Assembly (NCBI GenBank): GCA_018673485.1
Contig: JABHCP010000002.1
Span: 1,502 to 65,501, forward strand
Reading direction: 5' to 3'
From: Candidatus Uhrbacteria bacterium
GTDB lineage: Bacteria; Patescibacteriota; Patescibacteriia; UBA9934
DNA length: 64,000 nt
Shown here: positions 37,754 through 46,340 of the stretch, in pieces
Layout: every line of letters starts with the position of its first letter
How positions within the stretch are numbered: position 1 is the stretch's first letter
Notes under the pieces: generated by a model
The model's database searches: none
Told to the model about the DNA's origin: nothing
The model's input: the letters and a program-made list of their open reading frames with translations, nothing else
Position numbers and translations under genes: made by a program

Positions 37754-38183
37754 CTCAGGAAACTATAAGCCGAATTCTGTCCCCGACATAGCTCGTAGAG
37801 CGATGGCAAGGGATAGTCATTTATCTAGAATGATCGTTGCCAATCATTTCAAGCGAGCTACCTAATTTGCTCTTGCACCAGGATGGGTTTACCACGCCAC
37901 TGCGTCACCGCAGGGCGAAATGCGTAGCCTGTTGAGATCATGTGATCTCAGACACCGCATTACTTTTCACGTTTCACTTTGCTTGGCAAAGTTAGTATTG
38001 TCTCTGTGGCACTTTCCCTAAGTTTCATCAGACTGGCAGGAACAGATAATCCAGTTCCTTCCACTCTCATTTATATCTTGGTTGCTGTTAGCAACATCCT
38101 TTTTTCACAACGCGTTACCGCGCAGTGGGTGTTCGGACTTTCCTCATGGCGCAAAGCGCCAAGCGACTATCGGATTTCCTGAA
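37754..38183 (-). ncRNA. rnpB: RNase P RNA
   Basis: GAGGAAAGTCC near 5' end, ACAGAATTCGGCTTAT near 3' end, P1 helix TTCAGGAAAT/GTTTCCTGAG, upstream TTGACA-17-TATCGT. Confidence 0.95.
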
Positions 38184-38225
38184 CGGGCAAACGATACCAT
38201 GATTAGCGCAGAATGTCAATGGGGG

Positions 38226-38300
38226 CAGACGTCAGAACCCAGACGTCAGACTACAGTTTAGTGTTATGACTGGATTCTGACGTCTGTATTCTGGGTTCTG
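38226..38300. repeat. Inverted pair of heptamer tandem repeats (CAGANNN / TCTGNNN)
   Basis: Second pair at 38996-39129; the two pairs bracket the 38363-38866 cassette. Confidence 0.75.
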
Positions 38301-38362
38301 TAAAAACAGTGATCCCCCGGACGTGGTCCGGGGGATAAGTGGGTCGTAGGGCTCGAGCCGTG

Positions 38363-38866
38363 CTAGTTGTCGCGGCAGTACTCATGCAATGCGGCCTGCA
38401 GATCCGCGACCTTCCGGAGTTTTGACAGGCCAACTCGGCACACACCTGTGCACGTGAACAGGCCTCGATCGCAGAACTCATGGCACCGTTCGGGGATTGC
38501 GAGGCAGAATTCACGCAAGGTCGTGGCTGTGACCATCTTGATCATGGCCGTGGGGTCGAGCGTGGTCATGCGAGCGACCGTCATGAAGGTGCGCTCGATC
38601 TCCGAGTATGCGATCTTGCAGCGCTCGGCGAGCGCGGTGGCTACGGCTGCCGTGACCTGCTCGCCGGTCTTCATGTTGAAGATGATGCTGTGCGAGGGAA
38701 GTGTGCCATCGGGCAGCACATCCTCCAGGTCAGTGAAGTGCACGAGCGCACGCTGGTGGTGCGACTTGAGGCGGCGCCACTGGCGTTGCGGGATGATGTC
38801 GAGGCACGAGTTGGTCGGGCGACCAGGGTTCGCGCTGGTGGGCGAGGAGGGGACAACTGCGGACAT
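38363..38866 (-). CDS. Hypothetical protein (cassette cargo; possible HhH / alpha-CTD-like C-terminus)
   Basis: AGGAG SD, TTGACA-17-TATATT promoter, 3' hairpin 38312-38336. Confidence 0.65.
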   Translation of the reverse strand: MSAVVPSSPTSANPGRPTNSCLDIIPQRQWRRLKSHHQRALVHFTDLEDVLPDGTLPSHSIIFNMKTGEQVTAAVATALAERCKIAYSEIERTFMTVARMTTLDPTAMIKMVTATTLREFCLAIPERCHEFCDRGLFTCTGVCRVGLSKLRKVADLQAALHEYCRDN

Positions 38867-39129
38867 GTGGCAAACTCCTGGGGGAGATATCCGGGTTTCT
38901 GTTTCAGCTTGAGGGCTGCATGGAAGCCAGGCGCAGGTTGCACTTGACCAGAAAAATATAGCAGTGTTGGCGAAGAATGTCAATGAGGACGGTAGAAGAC
39001 GTCAGATGTCAGACTTCAGAACCCAGTTTAAGGTGCTGATGATATGGTCGGTAGGGGTTGTGAATAAAACAAAAGAACCGGTACATGCCGGTTCTAATAT
39101 GGGTTCTGAAGTCTGTATTCTGGGTTCTG

Positions 39130-40110
39130 TTACAATACTACTCCAATCTTTTTCTTCACCTCTACCAACTTTGCTGTTGCTATTTTTTCTGCTGCTACAG
39201 ATCCATTTGCGATGATTCGTTTAAGCTCATCTTTATTCTCTAGTAGCTCTTTCATCTTAGCCTGAATTGGGTCCAGATAGTCACTTAGTGCTGTGGCAAG
39301 GTCGTCCTTGAGATTCTTCATTCCACCTTCGGCGTATTCATGCGCTAGGTCTTCACCTGACTTTCCAGTGCACAAGCTAAATATTGTCAGTAGGTTATAT
39401 AGTCCTTCGCGGCGTTCCTCAAATGTAATTATTTGCTCCGAGTCAGTCACGGCTGATCTGATCTTTTTGTGAACAATCTCGCGCTCGTCCATTAATGAGA
39501 TGTAGCTCTTGGCACTTGCCGCGCTTTTACTCATCTTTTTCTCAGGCTCAGTTAAGGACTTTAATCGGGCGCCGTGCTTTCTAATTATTGGCTTTGGTAT
39601 TACAAATGTTTCACCAAATGTTTTATTGAATCTTTGCCCTATGTCGCGCGTTATCTCAACATGCTGTTTTTGATCATGACCGACAGGCACACCCTCAGCA
39701 TCATATAAAAGAATGTCAGACGCCATCAGAATAGGGTAGGTGAACAAGCCAACAGAAACTGCATCTGCTTTGTCGCCTGATTTATCCTTGAATTGTGTCA
39801 TGCGCTTCATCTCACCCATGTGCGTTTGCGATTGCATGATCCAAGCAAGCTCCGTGTGAGCGCTGATTTGTGATTGTTGGAAGAGTACTGTCTTTGTTGG
39901 ATTGATTCCAGCGGCGAGATAAGCAGCTGCATTGAGCAAGATGCTCTCACTTAGTGTCTCAGGATTCTGAGGTACAGTAATCGAATGATAGTCCGCAATC
40001 ATTATGTAGAGCTCGTGTTCGTCTTGGAGTTCGACAGCAGGAATTAGGGCACCAAATAAGTTGCCGATGTGCAGAACGTTTGTTGGTTGTATTCCAGTTA
40101 GGACGCGCAT
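39130..40110 (-). CDS. trpS: Tryptophan--tRNA ligase
   Basis: TGIQPT, HIGN, VPVGHDQKQH, KMSKS. Confidence 0.97.
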   Translation of the reverse strand: MRVLTGIQPTNVLHIGNLFGALIPAVELQDEHELYIMIADYHSITVPQNPETLSESILLNAAAYLAAGINPTKTVLFQQSQISAHTELAWIMQSQTHMGEMKRMTQFKDKSGDKADAVSVGLFTYPILMASDILLYDAEGVPVGHDQKQHVEITRDIGQRFNKTFGETFVIPKPIIRKHGARLKSLTEPEKKMSKSAASAKSYISLMDEREIVHKKIRSAVTDSEQIITFEERREGLYNLLTIFSLCTGKSGEDLAHEYAEGGMKNLKDDLATALSDYLDPIQAKMKELLENKDELKRIIANGSVAAEKIATAKLVEVKKKIGVVL

Positions 40111-40330
40111 AGAAGGGTTTAACTTGTTGAAAATGTCTAAAATGTTTATTTTCGGATCAGTAGGACCAGTGTATTAAGTGTTTAGATTATACCAGAAAAC
40201 ACAAAACCCCATACTTTCACCATTTCGAGCAGAACGAGGAATCTTCTTGAGAAGATCTCTCTGCCTGCCGGTAGGCAGGTCCTAGGCGTCGAGATGGTGA
40301 GGGTTAGTGGGGTTTTGTTAATCCTTGATT

Positions 40331-42202
40331 TTAGATTTGAATGACAAGCGGGATAATCATTGGTCGACGCTTAGTCTTTTTAAACAGATACTTTCCAACC
40401 GCATCGCGAACTTCTTTCTTAATGTAGTCAGAGTCAGCATTGGATTTAGGATCATCGTCTACCACCGCCTTTTTGATTAACTTGCGGGTTTCTTGGATGA
40501 GCTTCTGGTTATCTTTCATAAAGATAAATCCACGACTAACAATGTCTGCTTGGCCAATCATTCTTCCTGTCTTTTTATCGACTTTTACAACTGGAATGAC
40601 TATGCCGTCTTCTGCGAGTGCCTTTCGGTCACGCAGAACAATTTGAGATACGTCTCCAACACCGAGCCCGTCAACAAAGACGTAGTCAGTATTAGCGCGT
40701 TCCTCTGTTTTGCGAATGTCTCCTTTGCCGTTTCGGCCCTTTCTAAGTTCAATTACTTGGCCATTTTCGCCTAGGATAACATGTTGTTTGTCATATCCGA
40801 GTGAGTAGGCAACTTGTGCATTTGCATGAAGCAAGCTGTAGTTACCTTCAATCGGCATGTAGTATTCAGGTTTTATCAAACTAATAAGTAGTTTAATGTC
40901 TTCCACTTTTCCGTGTCCCCCCGCGTGCACATCCATATTTGCGGAGTTGATAATGTTCGCTCCTTTTTTATATAGAGTATCTTGTAGGCGGAACACAGAA
41001 ACTTCGTTTCCTGGAACAATTGAGCTAGAGAAAATAACGGTATCACCTTCTTTGATTTTGATGTTTTTGTGTTCGTCATTTGCAATCCTGCTTAAGGCTG
41101 CATTTTCTTCTCCTTGTGCTCCAGTACATACCGTTACGATTTTATCATCTGGGTATGTGTTAATTTTTTCAACAGGAATTAATGTTTTATCACTGATGTG
41201 AATAAAGCCTTGCTGACGGGCAATTTCAACGTTGGTTACCATTGATCGCCCATTAATTACAACTTTTTTACCAAGCTGTTCAGATATTTCTAAAATCTGT
41301 TTGACTCGTGAAAGTAGGGAAGCGAATGTTCCGATAATAATTCTACCCTCAGCTTTCTCCATAACGCCTCGTAGCTCTTCACCGATAACCTTTTCTGATG
41401 TCTGGTGTCCGGGCTTGTTAGCGTTGGTTGAGTCACCCATTAGGAGTAGTACGCCCTCGTCACCGAGTCGTGCCATTTTGTGCAAGTCGCCTTGCACATC
41501 TCCTGCGGGGTGGAAATCGAACTTCCAATCTCCAGAGTGAATAATTCGTCCAACTGGAGTGTCCACTACAACAGCGGCGGAATCTGGAATGTTGTGATTC
41601 ATGTGAATGAATGACACTTTAAAGACTCCGAGTTGCAATTTTGTATCAGCTTTAACTTCCTTGATGTTGATCTTTGATTGAGGGTAGTCCTCTTGGCGCT
41701 TTTTAATGATTCCAGCGCTAATCGGCATTGTATAAACTGGTGGGTTACCAATTTTTGGAACAATGTGAGGAATACCTCCAATGTGGTCATAGTGACCGTG
41801 AGTAATTACTACTCCACGGACATTATTTTCCTTACCTTTAAGATAGTCCACGTTTGGAATGATGTAATCAACTCCATGCATGTCTTCTCCTGGGAATTCA
41901 AGACCAAGGTCAATGACCATTATGTCATTTTTGTATTCAATAACTGTGCAATTACGTCCAACTTCTTCGAGTCCACCTAGAACGATTACTCGAACTTCAT
42001 CTCCACCACGTCCTTTAAATACTCGAGTCTTTTGATGTCGTGTATTTTTTCGCGCTGGTGATTTAGATGGTGCGTTTTGCTTTTTCTGTACTTTTTTAGC
42101 GGGTGACTTTTCGTCAACTGTTTTTTCAGTTTGCTTTTTATGTTGAAAAGGCTTGCGACGAGAATTTCGTCCTGTGTTAGTTCGGCGTTTGCTTTGAACC
42201 AT
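40331..42202 (-). CDS. rnj: Ribonuclease J
   Basis: LGGLEEVGRN, THGHYDHIGG, HNIPD, GAQGE, HAGGH. Confidence 0.95.
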   Translation of the reverse strand: MVQSKRRTNTGRNSRRKPFQHKKQTEKTVDEKSPAKKVQKKQNAPSKSPARKNTRHQKTRVFKGRGGDEVRVIVLGGLEEVGRNCTVIEYKNDIMVIDLGLEFPGEDMHGVDYIIPNVDYLKGKENNVRGVVITHGHYDHIGGIPHIVPKIGNPPVYTMPISAGIIKKRQEDYPQSKINIKEVKADTKLQLGVFKVSFIHMNHNIPDSAAVVVDTPVGRIIHSGDWKFDFHPAGDVQGDLHKMARLGDEGVLLLMGDSTNANKPGHQTSEKVIGEELRGVMEKAEGRIIIGTFASLLSRVKQILEISEQLGKKVVINGRSMVTNVEIARQQGFIHISDKTLIPVEKINTYPDDKIVTVCTGAQGEENAALSRIANDEHKNIKIKEGDTVIFSSSIVPGNEVSVFRLQDTLYKKGANIINSANMDVHAGGHGKVEDIKLLISLIKPEYYMPIEGNYSLLHANAQVAYSLGYDKQHVILGENGQVIELRKGRNGKGDIRKTEERANTDYVFVDGLGVGDVSQIVLRDRKALAEDGIVIPVVKVDKKTGRMIGQADIVSRGFIFMKDNQKLIQETRKLIKKAVVDDDPKSNADSDYIKKEVRDAVGKYLFKKTKRRPMIIPLVIQI

Positions 42203-42456
42203 ATGTTGTTAAATTAACAATAAATAAAATGAATCAAATTGATCGATTGATATCTCGATCCACGTATATGAATACTCGACTATTTAAGGTTTTTAAATAT
42301 ACAAAAAAGAGGCGATTAGTCACATGGTGACGGTCGGGCTGAAAAGATTTTCAAAGGGACACACGTGGGGATCAAGATGAGTATAATAACACAGGGGTGC
42401 AGTATTGTCAAGCATTTAGGCCATCGAGCTAGCTATAGTGTCGTATTTACCAAAAG

Positions 42457-44280
42457 CTACTCGAAGCTTTTTGATGACTTAATATACCATTCATTTACAT
42501 TATTAAATCGATCGGCCGGTACTGAAATTCGTTCATACTCAGCGCCCTTGATTGAGCTTGAAATTGCGTAAGTATAAAGAGGTTGATATAGAAATACGGC
42601 CGGATAATCAGCTAAGGTAATCTCTTGCAGGCTTATTAGATTTGATTCGCGCTTTGATAGATCGGTTGTTTCACGAGCTGTTTCGATGTGAGTATCAGCA
42701 TCTGTATTTTCATACATTGCCAAGTTCAAGCCAGGGTAGTCAGTTTGCGATGAGTGCCAGAATACGTATGGATCAAGATCATTTCCGTATACTTCGCCTG
42801 AGAGCAGGATTTCATAGTTACGATTTACCAATGTATCACTTTGGAACGTAGTAAGATCAACAGTCTCGACTGTTATTTCGATATTTAACTCCTCCCATCT
42901 GTTCTTTAGAAGCTCAGCTACATCAATCAATTCCTGAGTCTCCAAAGTCGTAATGGTGAGTGATAGAGTTTGTTCATCCTTTGTTCTTATGCCTGTTTCA
43001 TCATTTATTGCCCAACCTGCTTCGTCTAAGAATACAGTTGCTGCTTTTTGATCAAATAAAACATCTGATACATTTTCTGAGTACCCGTATGTATCGGGGA
43101 GGACAAAACTCTTTATTGGATTGGCGTATCCAGCAAAAACTTGTTCAACGATCTCTTCTGGGTAAGCTCCATAGCTAAGTGCCTTGCGCACCGCTTCATC
43201 TGCCAAGACATCAGACTCTTCTTGGTTGAAAAACGCGCCAACATACTCATGCATTCCAGTTGTCATTATCGTTGTATGACTTTCATCTTCAAGTGCTAGT
43301 GTTTCTGACATCGGTATATATCCCAAACCTTCTACATTGTGATTTTTCAAAGCTGAGAGAGCCGAGATCAAATCAGAATAAAACTTGAATGTGATCGATT
43401 CGATATATGGGCCATCTGCATAATAATTCGCGAAGCGCTCTACGGTATAACTTCGTATTTCTCCTGTGCGTTCATCTTTTTCAAGCACCTCAAATTTATA
43501 AGGACCAGATCCTATTGGTTTGATGTTAAATTGTGTCAAAACAGCGTTCGAAGGTGTAATTTCCTGCCAAAGGTGTGATGGCAGTATTCCGATATTCAAA
43601 AGTGACATAAACGAAGAAGATGCTTCTTCGAGAGTGAAAAGAACTGTTTTGTCATCAACTTGTGACACGGTGATTCCTTCAAAGCTGGTCGCAAATGGAC
43701 TTCTATATTGTGTGTTTTGAATCGCGCTTATTGTGAAAATCACATCATCAGCTAGTACTGGATTACCGTCGTGCCATTTGGCATTTTCTTGAATTGTAAA
43801 TGTGTACTCTAGTCCATCCTCTGAAACTGAATATGATTGCGCAAGATCCAAGGCTGCGCCTTCGAGTGAGCTGTACTTTGTTAGACCGCTGTATATTAGT
43901 CTTGAGAGATCAGTGTCAACGTCACTGGCGAGCGAGTATAGAGGATTGATTAATTGAGGGGACCCAATGATTCCCTCGGTGTACTCTCCACCAATGGCAG
44001 CTATTGTAGTTTGTTGAGTGCCAACTAATGACCTTACTAGGAATATTCCAGATATTATAATTGCTAGCAGCGCAACACCGGCTATCGTTCGCTCACGTTT
44101 TGACAGTAGCGAAGGGAAGTGTTTGAGTTGTTTGCTGTTGGGAAGTTTTTTGACTTCCTTAACACTCATGACCTGTTGCATGGCCAGATTCTTGTGTGTT
44201 TGTTTTTTTGAAAATAAAGATCGCACTTGCGCAGATACGCGCCCGAGCTTACGTTTGATGTTTTGCATGTGAGTTGACAT
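42457..44280 (-). CDS. ABC transporter family 5 (peptide-type) substrate-binding protein
   Basis: INPLY, KWHDG..VLADDVIFT, PIGSGPYKF. Confidence 0.9.
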   Translation of the reverse strand: MSTHMQNIKRKLGRVSAQVRSLFSKKQTHKNLAMQQVMSVKEVKKLPNSKQLKHFPSLLSKRERTIAGVALLAIIISGIFLVRSLVGTQQTTIAAIGGEYTEGIIGSPQLINPLYSLASDVDTDLSRLIYSGLTKYSSLEGAALDLAQSYSVSEDGLEYTFTIQENAKWHDGNPVLADDVIFTISAIQNTQYRSPFATSFEGITVSQVDDKTVLFTLEEASSSFMSLLNIGILPSHLWQEITPSNAVLTQFNIKPIGSGPYKFEVLEKDERTGEIRSYTVERFANYYADGPYIESITFKFYSDLISALSALKNHNVEGLGYIPMSETLALEDESHTTIMTTGMHEYVGAFFNQEESDVLADEAVRKALSYGAYPEEIVEQVFAGYANPIKSFVLPDTYGYSENVSDVLFDQKAATVFLDEAGWAINDETGIRTKDEQTLSLTITTLETQELIDVAELLKNRWEELNIEITVETVDLTTFQSDTLVNRNYEILLSGEVYGNDLDPYVFWHSSQTDYPGLNLAMYENTDADTHIETARETTDLSKRESNLISLQEITLADYPAVFLYQPLYTYAISSSIKGAEYERISVPADRFNNVNEWYIKSSKSFE

Positions 44281-44372
44281 GGTGATGGTGTTGGATGGTA
44301 TTTAAAATTTAATTTTGAAATACCACTTTTACTCCCTTCGGCTTTGCCGAAATACCACTTTTACCACTTGTT

Positions 44373-44582
44373 TTAATACAAGACGTTGATAAGTGATACT
44401 GCAAAGAACAATACAGCGATCACAATCGTAGTAATGTGCAATTTTTGTTCAACTCCTCGTCGAGTTGTCTGTACATTGTCGCTTCCTCCAAAAATTGATC
44501 CAAGTCCTGCGTTTTTTGTCTGAATCAGCACAGCGCCGGTCAGTAAAATAGCAAGAGCTAATTGTATAATGTCTAATGTCAT
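44373..44582 (-). CDS. secG: Preprotein translocase subunit SecG
   Basis: Two TMs around LIQ..AGLGSIFGG..TRRG. Confidence 0.92.
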   Translation of the reverse strand: MTLDIIQLALAILLTGAVLIQTKNAGLGSIFGGSDNVQTTRRGVEQKLHITTIVIAVLFFAVSLINVLY

Positions 44583-44672
44583 ATTGGCAAAATCCTAGCA
44601 ATAAATAGCTTTTACGTCAATGGCTGTAGTATAGCATAGAAGCAGCCCACTTTCATGTTACAATATGGGCAT

Positions 44673-46160
44673 ATGAAACGCTTGTCAGTATTATTTATTT
44701 TATTAATTGTTTTTTACGCACTTCCGTCGGCTGCTCAGGCAGCGGATGATGGTTGTAAATGTTTTTGTAGCTCCACTGAAGGTGCGTATCAATACTCAGA
44801 GGATGAAGTGGCCGACATCCTAACATGTCAGGATTTGTGCGACGACTATCTTGGTTGCTACGCGGATAATCCAAACACTGATGACGAAGATGAAAGCCTG
44901 ACACTTCAACCTAAGTACAACACAATGTGTTGGCAGAAGTATGAGTGTATAGAGTCAGAGGAGGGAGAAGTATCTGGTGAGTGGGCTGGTCAGCACCCAA
45001 GTTGTATACCAAACGAGGGGCATTGTTATTCTGAGGCGATACCAGTTACATTGAATATTGCGATTGGAAGTCTTACCGAGGCGACTAGTTTAGGGGAGTA
45101 CATTAATGCTGGTTATAGTTTTGCGTTAGCTGCCGGGTCATTACTAGCAATTGTAATGATAATGCTCGGTGGTATTCAGTACATGCTGGCGCGTGGGAAG
45201 CCAGAAGCAATTGGTAAGGCAAAGAGCAGAATCACAGGCGCGATAACTGGAATAGTGTTGTTGTTCGCGTCATATACTATAGCCAACGTGGTTGATCCAA
45301 GTTTCGCTACTTTTAATAGAGTAGCACCTCCTCGAATAAGAACGGTTGTTTTTCTAGATCCTGATTCAACGTGCGATGCAATGGATGAGGCTGGAATGAC
45401 CATTATACCTTCAACCGGTGCGTGCGGTGATCCTGGCATTGTTACGGACCTCGGAGCTACAGAGACAGGTATTGTTATTGGAGACGAGTGTGTTTATTCC
45501 GGGTGTAGTGATGATCTATCAGTTTGCGTTGGGTCGGTTGAAGCTGAAAGTGGATATGAATGTCAGAGATGTTACCAAGTAGCTGAAAGAGGTGCATATA
45601 CAGGCTCGGAAACATGGGGGTTATCTGATCTACCACCAAGCGATTCACAGTGTTCTCGAATGACACCAGTTGATAATTTTCCAGATGATAATTTGCGTTA
45701 TTACTGTTTGTACAATGAGGATGCAAATTCGGAGTGCGTAGAAGTTTCATATCCTGGAGGAGAGGCGGGTGTTGATTGCGATCGATTGATTGATGACGCA
45801 CGAGCAGCGGATAGTGAAGGTTGTCGAGCATATGATTTATTGGAAATTGGAATCTTCGATTTAGAGCTTCTAGGTTCAGGAGTGGACTATGTGGATATAG
45901 ATGAGTTTAGGAATGACGATTATGAATACGAGGTGTTACAAAAATTTTGCACCGAAGATGTATGCGAGCTCGCTCCAGACGGAGAGGGTTGTGTGATCAG
46001 TGTAGTTGAATATTCAGATGTACCAATGACTATTCTTCCCTCATTAAGTATTGGAGCCGACGATTTATGGGTCAATTGTACAAATACGAGTTCAGAAACG
46101 GGTATGAGTAATTGTTTAGATAAGGATGGAGGAGAGGCCGACTGCCAGTGGAATTGGTAA
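44673..46160 (+). CDS. Cys-rich secreted protein with central TrbC/VirB2-like pilin domain
   Basis: Signal peptide; GGIQYMLARG...KAKSRITGAITG pilin motif; many Cys on both sides. Confidence 0.75.
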   Translation: MKRLSVLFILLIVFYALPSAAQAADDGCKCFCSSTEGAYQYSEDEVADILTCQDLCDDYLGCYADNPNTDDEDESLTLQPKYNTMCWQKYECIESEEGEVSGEWAGQHPSCIPNEGHCYSEAIPVTLNIAIGSLTEATSLGEYINAGYSFALAAGSLLAIVMIMLGGIQYMLARGKPEAIGKAKSRITGAITGIVLLFASYTIANVVDPSFATFNRVAPPRIRTVVFLDPDSTCDAMDEAGMTIIPSTGACGDPGIVTDLGATETGIVIGDECVYSGCSDDLSVCVGSVEAESGYECQRCYQVAERGAYTGSETWGLSDLPPSDSQCSRMTPVDNFPDDNLRYYCLYNEDANSECVEVSYPGGEAGVDCDRLIDDARAADSEGCRAYDLLEIGIFDLELLGSGVDYVDIDEFRNDDYEYEVLQKFCTEDVCELAPDGEGCVISVVEYSDVPMTILPSLSIGADDLWVNCTNTSSETGMSNCLDKDGGEADCQWNW

Positions 46161-46340
46161 TGGCTGAATAGAAAGTATAAAGTACAAAGTTTAAAGTAGA
46201 TTTTAGAACCGGCGTATGTCGGTTCTTTTGGTCGTCACCCCAGAGCCTTGCCACATGTCAAAATACATGGTATTGTCGCGAGCGCTTACACTCATTGTCG
46301 ATTTGGTGGGGAGAAGTCGACATTCATAACCAATTTGCGT

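Noticed and set aside
37979-38182. 67-aa plus-strand ORF
   Set aside because: Antisense to RNase P RNA
38226-39129. CRISPR array
   Set aside because: Repeats are degenerate 7-mers without unique spacers of regular length; no cas genes
46248-46340. N-terminal extension of UvrA from TTG 46248
   Set aside because: The TTG is part of a TTGCCA-17-TATTGT promoter-like motif; homology begins near GTG 46341
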